The notes below the pieces were generated by a model, which was given only the letters and a program-made list of their open reading frames with translations, did no database searches and was not told the origin of the DNA. DNA of 64,000 bases, taken from Candidatus Jorgensenbacteria bacterium (GTDB lineage: Bacteria; Patescibacteriota; Minisyncoccia; UBA6257; GWB1-50-10). Shown piece by piece: positions 27,062 through 35,045 of the stretch; position 1 is the stretch's first letter; every line of letters starts with the position of its first letter. The stretch is from contig JAZDPW010000024.1 in NCBI GenBank assembly GCA_043797305.1, positions 16,650 through 80,649 on the forward strand, read 5' to 3'. A program made the position numbers and the translations under genes.

Positions 27062-28306
27062 CTATTCGTACCGCAGGGCTTCAATCGGGTCCTTGCGGGC
27101 GGCTTGGCGCGCCGGATAAATGCCGAAGACAAGACCAATCAGAGCCGCCGAGCCGAAACTCAAGAGCGCCGCCCCGACGGGGAAAACGAACGACAAGTTC
27201 AGATTGAAAAATTCCGTGGCAATAAAAGCGGCAACAAAAGAAAGAAGGGCGCCGAAGAAAATCCCGATTGCCCCACCGATTGCGGTAAGGGTCACCGCCT
27301 CCAGAAGAAACTGATTCAAGATGTCCTTGTTCGTCGCGCCGACCGCCTTGCGAAGTCCGATTTCCCTCGTCCGCTCGGTGACGGAAACGAGCATGATGTT
27401 CATAACTCCCACTCCGCCGACAAGAAGGGCAATCGCGACGATGAAAGAGAGAGCGAAAGTGAGAATGTTTACGATTCCGCTAACTTGTTTCAGCAAACTC
27501 TCCTGGGTCATAACGTAAAAATCGTCTTTCTTGGGGTCGGTGATGCCGTGCATTTCTCTCAAGGTGGATTTGATGTCTTCGACGGCCGAGGGCGCCGCCG
27601 CCGCGTCTTCGACCTGTACCCAGACTTCGTTGTAATAATCGATGCCCAAAAGATAAGTCCGGGCGGTGGAATAAGGAACGACAACCATATCGCCGAGATC
27701 AAAAAAGAATATCTGGCCCTCGTCGGGCAGAACGCCCACTACCCGGAAGCTGTCGTTTTTTATCCTTATATTCTTTCCAACCGCATCCGACTCGCCAAAA
27801 AGCTCATCTTTCACCTTTGCTCCGATGACCACCACCTTTTCGCGGTTTCTTATGGCAACTTCGTCAAAATAAACTCCTTCCTCGGGATAAATGTTGAAAA
27901 CCCGGCCCATGAATTCCCCGGAGAAACCCATGATGAAAGGCCGGTAGGTTTCTCCCTCGTAGGAGACACTGCCGGGCACGGAAATAGCCGGGGCAACGTC
28001 GGCAACCAAAGGAACGTTGCTTTTCTTTTTGAGCGCTTCTATGTCTCTGTCTTTCAAGGTGTTGGAAAAAGCAGTGGTGGCAAAGTCGGTTGGACCTTGC
28101 GGCTCGCGGCCGGGCTCGATCCAGACAATATCCGCTCCCAGTGAAGTAATTTCGTCGGTAATGAGGCCCTTCACGCCATCACCGATGGAAACAATGAGGA
28201 TAATGGACACTATCCCGATAACAATGCCCAAAACGGTGAGGGCCGAACGGGATTTGTGGGCAACGATGCCCCTCAAGGCGATTTTCAATGTTTGTTTGGA
28301 ATCCAT
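27062..28306 (-). CDS. ABC transporter permease, MacB/FtsX family
   Basis: N-terminal TM, large periplasmic domain, C-terminal FtsX 3-TM bundle. Paralog of the adjacent gene. Confidence 0.8.
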   Translation of the reverse strand: MDSKQTLKIALRGIVAHKSRSALTVLGIVIGIVSIILIVSIGDGVKGLITDEITSLGADIVWIEPGREPQGPTDFATTAFSNTLKDRDIEALKKKSNVPLVADVAPAISVPGSVSYEGETYRPFIMGFSGEFMGRVFNIYPEEGVYFDEVAIRNREKVVVIGAKVKDELFGESDAVGKNIRIKNDSFRVVGVLPDEGQIFFFDLGDMVVVPYSTARTYLLGIDYYNEVWVQVEDAAAAPSAVEDIKSTLREMHGITDPKKDDFYVMTQESLLKQVSGIVNILTFALSFIVAIALLVGGVGVMNIMLVSVTERTREIGLRKAVGATNKDILNQFLLEAVTLTAIGGAIGIFFGALLSFVAAFIATEFFNLNLSFVFPVGAALLSFGSAALIGLVFGIYPARQAARKDPIEALRYE

Positions 28307-28309
28307 GAT

Positions 28310-29557
28310 TTATTCGTATTGCAACGCTTCTATCGGATCTTTTTTGGCGGCGGCGCGGGCCGGATAGAGGCCGAAAACGAGCCCGACTATGATGGAGACG
28401 ACTATTCCCACAATGGCGGCATCGATCGGGAAAACAAATTTCCATTCGGTACTCACGAGACTGGAAAGAATAAGGGTAATTCCAAAAAGAAACACGATGC
28501 CCAGCAAAACACCAATCAATCCTCCAAGAGTCGTAAGAACGGCCGCCTCAAAAAGGAACTGGAGAAGAATATCACTCCGGGTCGCACCAATCGCTTTGCG
28601 CAAACCAATTTCCTGAGTTCTCTCGGTAATCGAAACAAGCATGATGTTCATAATGCCGATGCCGCCGACAATAAGCGAGATGGCCGCGACTGATGCCAAA
28701 AACAAAGTAAGGGCGCCGGTCACCGACTCGACGGTTGCGGCAATCTCGGCTTGGGTGCCGACGAAAAAGTCGTCTTTTTCCGGGTCGGTAATGTCATGGA
28801 GTGCCCGAAGAGTAACCTCGACATCATAGACGGTTCGGGGAACGTTTTCTTCGGTATCAACCTGAATTATTACCCGGTTGAAATACTTGATGCCGAAAAC
28901 GTATTGCTGGGCAAACGTATGAGGAACGATGACCGTTTCGTCAAAATTGAAAAAAAGAACCTGGCCTTTCGGTGGAGAAACGCCCACGACCTTCAAAGTA
29001 TTCGCCCCGATTCTTATTTTCTCGCCGATGGCTTCTTTGTCACCGAAAAGCTCTTTTTTGACCCGACTGCCGATCACGGCAACGGCTGTCCGGCTTTTTA
29101 CGTCATCATCCGTAAAGAAAGTTCCTGCTTCGGGATAAACGTCGAAAACTTCGGTTACAAGCGGTGAGGCGCCGAGTACCATTGGCCGGAAAGTTTCCCC
29201 TTCGTGAGAAACCGTCTCTATTCCGAAAACAATCGGCATTACTTCCGCCGCGTGGGGCACGTTGGATTTTTTCTCCAGCGCTTCAACCTCTCTTGCTTTT
29301 AATGAATCGCCGTAGAGAGTCTCAATTAGTGACGGGTCGGTCGGGCCTTCCGGCTCCCGGCCGGGAGCAACGGCAATCGTCCGCGACCCCAAGGAAGCAA
29401 CTTGGCCAAGAACCAGGCTCTCCGCCCCCCGGCCGATGGACACCACTAAAACGACGGCGGTAACGCCTATCACTATGCCCAAAATAGTGAGCATCGAGCG
29501 TGATTTATGAGCCCGAATTCCCCGAACGGATATTTTGAAAACGTCTTTTATCCGCAT
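28310..29557 (-). CDS. ABC transporter permease, MacB/FtsX family (second copy)
   Basis: Same architecture and clear similarity to 27062..28306. Confidence 0.8.
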   Translation of the reverse strand: MRIKDVFKISVRGIRAHKSRSMLTILGIVIGVTAVVLVVSIGRGAESLVLGQVASLGSRTIAVAPGREPEGPTDPSLIETLYGDSLKAREVEALEKKSNVPHAAEVMPIVFGIETVSHEGETFRPMVLGASPLVTEVFDVYPEAGTFFTDDDVKSRTAVAVIGSRVKKELFGDKEAIGEKIRIGANTLKVVGVSPPKGQVLFFNFDETVIVPHTFAQQYVFGIKYFNRVIIQVDTEENVPRTVYDVEVTLRALHDITDPEKDDFFVGTQAEIAATVESVTGALTLFLASVAAISLIVGGIGIMNIMLVSITERTQEIGLRKAIGATRSDILLQFLFEAAVLTTLGGLIGVLLGIVFLFGITLILSSLVSTEWKFVFPIDAAIVGIVVSIIVGLVFGLYPARAAAKKDPIEALQYE

Positions 29558-29562
29558 AGGAG

Positions 29563-30279
29563 CTATTTCTTAAAGTGGTCGCCGATTGTCCTTTCTACCA
29601 CTTTTTCGTCGCTTTCCACCTCACCGTCCAAAATTTTTATGATGCGTTCGGCATAATTGGCGGTATAAGTTTCGTGAGTGATAAGGACCACGGTGTGGCC
29701 GTGTTTTTCGTTTAATTCGCGGATTATTTCCATCACCTGGCGGCCCGATTTTGAGTCCAGGTTCCCGGTCGGCTCATCGGCAAAAATAACGGCCGGGTCG
29801 TTTACAAGCGCTCTTGCAATCGCCACCCGCTGGCGTTCGCCGCCGGAGAGCCTGTTCGGTTCGTAACCGGCCCGGTGGGAAAGACCGACCGCCTCAATCG
29901 CTTTTTTGGCCCGTTCCTTGCGTTCGGCCTCCTTCATTCCCCCGTAAATCAGCGGGAGTTCCACGTTTTCCAAAACGCTCACCCGCGGCAGAAGATTGAA
30001 AGTTTGAAAAATGAATCCCATTTTCCTGTTCCGGACATGAGACAGCTCTTCTTCCTTATATTCGTTGATTTCCCGGCCGTCGAAACGGTATTCGCCCGAC
30101 GTTTGCCTGTCTAAAAATCCCAAAATATGGAGAAGAGTGGACTTACCCGAACCGGAAGGCCCCATCACCGCCACAAACTCGCCTTTCTTGATATCAAAAT
30201 TCAAGCCCCGGAGGGCCGGGGTTTCGGTTCCGTCGGCAACGTAGGTTTTTTTCAAGTCCCGGACTTCAATAAGGGGCAT
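29563..30279 (-). CDS. ABC transporter ATP-binding protein (MacB/LolD-like)
   Basis: Walker A GPSGSGKSTLL, signature LSGGERQRVAIARAL, Walker B IFADEPTGNLD. Confidence 0.9.
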   Translation of the reverse strand: MPLIEVRDLKKTYVADGTETPALRGLNFDIKKGEFVAVMGPSGSGKSTLLHILGFLDRQTSGEYRFDGREINEYKEEELSHVRNRKMGFIFQTFNLLPRVSVLENVELPLIYGGMKEAERKERAKKAIEAVGLSHRAGYEPNRLSGGERQRVAIARALVNDPAVIFADEPTGNLDSKSGRQVMEIIRELNEKHGHTVVLITHETYTANYAERIIKILDGEVESDEKVVERTIGDHFKK

Positions 30280-30280
30280 C

Positions 30281-31714
30281 TTACTTGTTTATAAAAGTGA
30301 TAACTTTGTCCCCTTCGTTCAAGCCGCCCAGTATTTCAATTACGCCGTCCGAACCGCGAAGGCCGACAGTAACGTCAACTTGAGAAACCAAACCGTCTTT
30401 TTCCACCCTTACGTAAGTCCTGCCGTTCTCGCGAACCACCGCCCGTTGAGGAACGAACAAAACACCGCTTTTTACCTCGGTCAAAATGCTGATGTCGGCG
30501 GTCATGCCGGACTTTAACCGCTCGTCCTTTTCCTTGAATTGAAAAGTCGTTTTGTAAGTCGGCACCCCTTCAATTACGGTCTCAGCCGGATTGATTTCCG
30601 AAACGGTTGCTTCAAAAATCACATCCGAACCGTAGGCATCAAGAACAACCTCCGCGGCGCTGCCTATTTTAACTTTAGTGACATCAATCTCGGGAATGTT
30701 CGCTTCAATTTCCAGGCGGCTCGCGGAAATTACCGAAACAACTGATTCGTTTGCGGAAATTATTTCCCCTGTTTTCGCTTCCTGAGCCGTAACGACGCCG
30801 CTTATCGGCGAATAAATGACCGTTTTAGAAAGACGGGCTTTGATGTTGGAAACGGAAGCTTCGTAACTTTGAAGGGCGGCCTCGGAAGAATTGACAACCG
30901 CTTTCTGAAGGGCAATCGCCTGTTCTTTGTCGCTTATGGCGGTGGTGACGGTCTGAACATTGGTCCGGGCGGTGCTCAAGTTCGTCCGATAGGTGCTAAG
31001 CGACGAGTCGCTCACAATACAATCGGCGTTTATGGCTTGGTTTAAGCTATTGAGGAACTTGGCAACGACATTAAGGTAGCTCCAGCCGGTGGTAAGAGCC
31101 GCTTCGAGAGTTTCTTTTGGAGAGGCGGCGGATAAGGAAACAAGCTTTGTTTTCCACTCGTCCAGTCCGACCTCGGAAGAAAGCTTCCCCTCGGTACTCC
31201 CAATCCTCGAGGTTTCATCGCAAGTCGTAAAAGTAAGGGAATAAACCGAGTTTTTCGAGCCGCTAAAAAGTCCGCTCGTTTTCGTCCGCACCGCGTCATC
31301 CGCCTTGATGTAAGCGTCGTTTAAGACGTTCGGGATGCTCGTGTAAAGATTATCGAGCGTGGTTTTCTCTTCGCTCAATTTCGCTTTTTGGGTAGCGAGG
31401 TCCGATTCTGATTTAGAAAGCTCGGTTTCAAGCTCGGAAGAGTCGAGCCGGACAAGAGCCTGACCGGCGTAAACCCAGTCGCCGATTCCCGACGGAACGC
31501 TCGCCACCCGGCCGCTTGTTTCAAAAGCGAGGTCTACGTCCTGGGCCGGTTTTAATTTGCCGGTTACGCTTACTTCTTCCGTAACATCGCCTCTTGTTAC
31601 GGTCGCAAATTCATAGCCCGGTCCCTTGTCGCGGGTTACCAAGAAAATGACCACGATTACGGCTATGATTACGAGAGCAATAATGATGATATTCCGAGTC
31701 CTTAAGATTTTCAT
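30281..31714 (-). CDS. HlyD/MacA-family periplasmic adaptor (membrane fusion) protein
   Basis: N-terminal TM anchor, long coiled-coil region, C-terminal beta-barrel. Start overlaps the ATPase gene. Completes a macAB-like operon. Confidence 0.75.
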   Translation of the reverse strand: MKILRTRNIIIIALVIIAVIVVIFLVTRDKGPGYEFATVTRGDVTEEVSVTGKLKPAQDVDLAFETSGRVASVPSGIGDWVYAGQALVRLDSSELETELSKSESDLATQKAKLSEEKTTLDNLYTSIPNVLNDAYIKADDAVRTKTSGLFSGSKNSVYSLTFTTCDETSRIGSTEGKLSSEVGLDEWKTKLVSLSAASPKETLEAALTTGWSYLNVVAKFLNSLNQAINADCIVSDSSLSTYRTNLSTARTNVQTVTTAISDKEQAIALQKAVVNSSEAALQSYEASVSNIKARLSKTVIYSPISGVVTAQEAKTGEIISANESVVSVISASRLEIEANIPEIDVTKVKIGSAAEVVLDAYGSDVIFEATVSEINPAETVIEGVPTYKTTFQFKEKDERLKSGMTADISILTEVKSGVLFVPQRAVVRENGRTYVRVEKDGLVSQVDVTVGLRGSDGVIEILGGLNEGDKVITFINK

Positions 31715-31770
31715 TTCCCATATAATAGCAGATTTGCCGGAAAAGAGTAAAGATTTATAATCTTTATATT

Positions 31771-32256
31771 ATGCCGAAAATAAGCGCCGGACTTTTGATG
31801 TATAGAATCCGCGAGGGTAAGCCGGAGTTTTTTTTGGTCCACCCCGGCGGGCCGTTTTGGAAAAATAAGGATGAAGGCGCCTGGAGCATTCCTAAAGGCG
31901 GAATTGAAAAAGACGAAGGGGGTCTTACGGCCGCAAAACGGGAGTTTGAAGAAGAAACCGGGTTTAAGCCGACCCCGAAGGGGCCCCTTCGGGGGGAAGA
32001 ATTTAAGCCGCTTACACCCGTAAGGCAAAGAAGCGGAAAAATAATCCACGCCTGGGCTTTTGTTGGCGACTGCAACCCTGCGACTCTAAAGAGCATAACC
32101 TCCAAAATCAAAGTGCCCTGGGCGAGAGAAGAACTGGAAATTCCGGAAGTGGACAAGGCCGGCTTCTTCCGCCTTGAGGAAGCGGTCAAAAAAATAAACC
32201 CGGCCCAGGCGGCGTTTCTCAAGGAAGCGCTTGACGCCATCCAAAATAAACGCTAA
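31771..32256 (+). CDS. NUDIX hydrolase
   Basis: Nudix box GGIEKDEGGLTAAKREFEEETGF (Gx5Ex7REUxEExGU). Confidence 0.85.
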   Translation: MPKISAGLLMYRIREGKPEFFLVHPGGPFWKNKDEGAWSIPKGGIEKDEGGLTAAKREFEEETGFKPTPKGPLRGEEFKPLTPVRQRSGKIIHAWAFVGDCNPATLKSITSKIKVPWAREELEIPEVDKAGFFRLEEAVKKINPAQAAFLKEALDAIQNKR

Positions 32257-32291
32257 AACAAATACGGTAAGTTCAATCCGAGCGACGGTTT

Positions 32292-32636
32292 GTGACCAAA
32301 GGAGGCAACGTGCCTATGCCGCTCGAATATCACGATCTCTCCGCCGACTTCACTCTTTGGTTTCGCCGCAGAGCAATCGCCGAATGCCGTCTCAAGCTCG
32401 CCAAGAAGAAAGAAAACCGGAAAGACATCAAAAGAGCCAAAGGCGACATCCTGGCGGCGGAAGATGAGATCATCATACTGAGGAGCATCTCCCGCTCCAT
32501 CAAAAGACCCAAGCCGCGCCGCAATATCGGGAAACGACAACGGGACCGGCGAGGTCTCACCCGACGAGGACGGCTGGAGCGAGAGAGGAGGCGGGACCCC
32601 GACGGATGGCGCCGACGGGAAAGGTGGTGGCAGTAA
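32292..32636 (+). CDS. small hypothetical protein with Arg-rich C-terminal tail
   Basis: GGAGG SD before GTG/ATG. Strong hairpin terminator immediately downstream. No homology recognised. C-terminus RRGRLERERRRDPDGWRRRERWW is extremely basic. Confidence 0.35.
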   Translation: MTKGGNVPMPLEYHDLSADFTLWFRRRAIAECRLKLAKKKENRKDIKRAKGDILAAEDEIIILRSISRSIKRPKPRRNIGKRQRDRRGLTRRGRLERERRRDPDGWRRRERWWQ

Positions 32637-32658
32637 CACACCCCCGCAGATAAAGCGA

Positions 32659-32700
32659 GAGGCCCGAGACGAAATTCGTCTCGGGCCTCTTCACTTTCGG
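32659..32700. terminator. rho-independent terminator between convergent genes 32292..32636 (+) and 32714..32914 (-)
   Basis: GAGGCCCGAGACG-AAAT-TCGTCTCGGGCCTC (14-bp stem) followed by TTCACTTTCGG. Confidence 0.7.
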
Positions 32701-32713
32701 ATTCGGGAAAATT

Positions 32714-32914
32714 TTATTCCGCTCTTTTCGGAACGATTAAAATGGCGATTAAATAAACGATGATGGCCGGCAGAATCCCGCTCATGATTGTAATCACGAG
32801 CCAAATTAAACGAAGAAAAACCGGGTCAATTTCAAAATACTCCCCTACGCCGCCCAAGATACCGGCAAAGGTTTTGTTGTTGTTGCTCCGATAAAATTTT
32901 TTGATATGGGTCAT
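32714..32914 (-). CDS. PspC domain membrane protein
   Basis: MTHIKKFYRSNNNKTFAGILGGVGEYFEIDPVFLRLIW... matches the PspC signature (KxLYRSxxxKxIAGVCGGLAEYFGIDP). The ORF-track N-terminal extension to 32953 reads through the tRNA 3' half and is rejected. Confidence 0.75.
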   Translation of the reverse strand: MTHIKKFYRSNNNKTFAGILGGVGEYFEIDPVFLRLIWLVITIMSGILPAIIVYLIAILIVPKRAE

Positions 32915-32973
32915 ATTACGTGTCCGCCCACCAGGATTTGAACCTGGGACCATCTGCTTTCAATTGGCAGCGA

Positions 32974-33088
32974 GGCGAAAATAAATATCCCCGCTACTTG
33001 TCCCCCGTGTAGGATTTGAACCTACGACCATCTGCTTAAAAGGCAGTTGCTCTACCAGACTGAGCTAACGGGGGTATTTATTTTCGCC
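32974..33088. repeat. 14-bp perfect inverted repeat (GGCGAAAATAAATA / TATTTATTTTCGCC on the minus strand) bracketing the inner tRNA-Lys plus 13 nt
   Basis: Arms at 32974..32987 and 33075..33088 read directly from the sequence. They lie inside the intervening region of the interrupted tRNA. Confidence 0.8.
33001..33074 (-). tRNA. tRNA-Lys (anticodon UUU), 74 nt, no encoded CCA
   Basis: Hand fold: acceptor CCCCCGU/ACGGGGG (C1:G72), D-arm GCUC-AGUCUGGU-AGAGC, anticodon stem ACUGC/GCAGA with loop CUUUUAA, T-arm GUAGG-UUCAAAU-CCUAC, discriminator A. Very similar to canonical bacterial tRNA-Lys. Confidence 0.8.
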
Positions 33089-33162
33089 GAGTGAACCAAT
33101 TGCGGCGAAGCCGTAAAGGCAGTTGCTCTACCAGACTGAGCTATGGGCGGTCATTTACCGAG

Positions 33163-33546
33163 CTACGCTTTCCTTTCCTCTTTCGCTCTCTGAATCACCC
33201 TCCAGTGATAGGCAAATAGAGGAACGCCTACAATCATGAGCGCTATGGAATTTGCGGCGGTGCGCTGTCTTTGCGATTCCCTTTCTTTTTCCTGATACTC
33301 AAGCTGCTCCTGTTTGTATTTTTCCTGCTGTTCGGGCGTAAGCTCTTCTTCGGTCGTGGCCGAATCAACGCCGGGCTTTATCACCCGCGGGTACTCCGGA
33401 TAAACTACCACTCGGTCGGCTTTGGTGAATATCCAGGTCTTCAACCCTAAATCAATGAGCCGGACGGTACCGATAACTATCAAAACCAGCCCGAGGAGCG
33501 AGAAAAGGTAGAGATAAATTGTCCGTATTAATTCTTTGCGTTCCAT
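33163..33546 (-). CDS. hypothetical membrane protein (2 TM) with glutamate/lysine-rich linker
   Basis: 127 aa, TM helices near both termini. No motif recognised. Confidence 0.45.
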   Translation of the reverse strand: MERKELIRTIYLYLFSLLGLVLIVIGTVRLIDLGLKTWIFTKADRVVVYPEYPRVIKPGVDSATTEEELTPEQQEKYKQEQLEYQEKERESQRQRTAANSIALMIVGVPLFAYHWRVIQRAKEERKA

Positions 33547-33600
33547 ATTTTTACTATACCAAATTCACTTTTTTTTTGCAACAAACCACTCTAATTAAAG

Positions 33601-33638
33601 CTGCCCCATGTTTTAACATATGTTAAAACATGGGGCAG
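33601..33638. repeat. 38-bp perfect palindrome CTGCCCCATGTTTTAACAT|ATGTTAAAACATGGGGCAG
   Basis: Read directly. Centred on CATATG. Lies between the divergent gene 33163..33546 (minus) and the GIY-YIG pseudogene (plus). Confidence 0.9.
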
Positions 33639-33689
33639 ATAATAGAACTGGATTTCCGGAGTATTCAGGTTATAATCTATGAAGTTTCA

Positions 33690-33950
33690 ATAGTATATGT
33701 ATTCCCCGGCCCGCCTCGCCGAAGACAAGCTTCAGTTTCCTAAAACCTATGTCGGCAGTACCACTGACTTAAAGAGGAGGTTGGCAGAGCATAACAGCGG
33801 GAAAACCATTATTCTCCGCAAGGTATAAGCCATGGAGAGTGATTTATACGGAGGAGTTTGCTAACATAAGTGAAGCTAGAACCAGAGAAAAATATTTCAA
33901 GAGCGCAGCTGGCAGAAGATTGATAAAAAAGTTAATAAACAACGATTCCC
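33690..33950 (+). pseudogene. GIY-YIG nuclease family gene, disrupted (frameshift, N-terminal GIY motif lost)
   Basis: Frame 1 gives ...KTYVGSTTDLKRRLAEHNSGK then a stop. A shifted frame continues PWRVIYTEEFANISEARTREKYFKSAAGRRLIKKL, which matches the C-terminal half of small GIY-YIG (Uri-domain) proteins. The 3' end runs into tRNA-Asn. Confidence 0.6.
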
Positions 33951-34018
33951 CGGTAGCTCAGTGGTAGAGCGACCGCCTGTTAAGCGGTTGGCCGTAGGTT
34001 CGAATCCTACCCGGGGAG
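33947..34018 (+). tRNA. tRNA-Asn (anticodon GUU), 72 nt
   Basis: Hand fold: acceptor UCCCCGG/CCGGGGA, D-arm GCUC-AGUGGUA-GAGC, anticodon stem ACCGC/GCGGU with loop CUGUUAA, T-arm GUAGG-UUCGAAU-CCUAC, discriminator G. Confidence 0.8.
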
Positions 34019-34050
34019 CAATCCTTCGCTAAAGCTTCGGAATTGCAGGC

Positions 34051-34353
34051 ATGTATTATTGTTATATTTTACTAAGCTCAAAATCTCATATCTTCTATTT
34101 TGGTTCTACAAATAATATTGAGGGGAGATTAAAATTGCATAATTCTGGTCAAGTTCAATCAACAAAACCTCACATGCCGTGGAAGTTGGTATGGTATGGC
34201 TCTTTTGAAACAGAAAAACAAGCAAGAGATTTTGAGCAATATCTTAAAACTGGTTCTGGTAAGGCATTTGCATACAAGCGTCTAGTTGCCGAGGCTTTAG
34301 AGAAGGATTTTCTGGAGGGTAGAAAAGGTAGTCCGAAGTCTAAGAAGACGTAG
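34051..34353 (+). CDS. GIY-YIG nuclease family protein (small, Uri-domain only)
   Basis: YYCYILLSSKSHIFYFGSTNNIEGRLKLHNSG...KPWKLVWYGSFETEKQARDFEQYLKTGSGKAF. Intact paralog of the upstream pseudogene. Confidence 0.75.
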   Translation: MYYCYILLSSKSHIFYFGSTNNIEGRLKLHNSGQVQSTKPHMPWKLVWYGSFETEKQARDFEQYLKTGSGKAFAYKRLVAEALEKDFLEGRKGSPKSKKT

Positions 34354-34659
34354 GATACCCTACCCGGGGAGCTGATTAGAAAATCAATGCCGCCTTTTTG
34401 GGCGGCGTTAGATTTTCAATCATCCGGCGAATGCAATGAGCCGGATACAATACCTGGCCTTATGTCAGGTGTTTTTGGTTTCCGATTTTTTGCGGGTGAG
34501 AAGCAAATCGCTAAAGCACTGCTGTTTACACGTCAATCATTCCTCTTGAGTAAGCAAGGAGCCTACCCGCAGAGCCACACTTGACAGAACACTAATAATA
34601 TGATATGCTTAAAGGAGTAGGGTTGCTAAATCGGCCTGTTGACATACGGAGAGTTGCAG

Positions 34660-34863
34660 ATGACTACCACATGGGACAAGGCTGGATCGATCGTCCTGGG
34701 CTTGCTCATGAGCCTGTTCTTCAGAGCCCCGGGAGCGATCCTGATCCTTCTGATCATCTTCGTGTATCAGAGGCACACGAAGAAGAAGGTTTTCTTCTAC
34801 TGCGTTCGTGGTGTGGGGCTGGGATTTGCCATCTTCGTCCTGGCGTACCTGCGCCAGATGTAG
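34660..34863 (+). CDS. small hypothetical membrane protein
   Basis: GGAGAG 7 nt upstream of ATG (MTTTWDKAGSIVLGLLMSLFF...). Followed by a hairpin+T-run terminator. GC-rich patch. The overlapping minus-strand ORF 34609..34923 is judged spurious. Confidence 0.4.
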   Translation: MTTTWDKAGSIVLGLLMSLFFRAPGAILILLIIFVYQRHTKKKVFFYCVRGVGLGFAIFVLAYLRQM

Positions 34864-34873
34864 CACCGTCCTC

Positions 34874-34917
34874 CGCCCGCAGAAGCCGCTCGGCTCTGTC
34901 GGGCGGTTTTCTTTTTC
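34874..34917 (+). terminator. rho-independent terminator
   Basis: CCGCCCG...CGGGCGG stem followed by TTTTCTTTTT. Confidence 0.6.
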
Positions 34918-35045
34918 ATACAAAGCTTAAAACCTCTTCTAATTCTCTCCCCAACTGATGCCAGTCAACAGTTCTAAACACATCCAACAGGCGGAGCACT
35001 TCGACAAGCTCAGTGCAAACCAAAACGTAGGGGTAAATGTAATAT

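Larger units (their letters stand above)
32923..33150 (-). other. interrupted tRNA-Lys-like gene. 5' half 33150..~33115, 3' half ~32960..32923, separated by about 150 nt that contain the complete tRNA-Lys above
   Basis: 5' half CCGCCCA-UA-GCUCAGUCUGGUAGAGC-A-ACUGC-CUUU and 3' half AAAGCAGA-UGGUC-CCAGG-UUCAAAU-CCUGG-UGGGCGG-A. The 7-bp acceptor stems are perfectly complementary (CCGCCCA/UGGGCGG), the T-stem is 5 bp perfect, and the D-arm is identical to the inner tRNA-Lys. Confidence 0.55.

Noticed and set aside
26909-28144. 411-aa plus-strand ORF opposite the MacB-type permease
   Set aside because: Antisense shadow of a confidently identified permease.
32914-32953. N-terminal extension of the PspC ORF (MVPGSNPGGRTRN...)
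   Set aside because: It is translated straight through the 3' half of the tRNA-like gene (it reads the T-arm as protein). The conserved PspC sequence begins at the internal Met at 32914.
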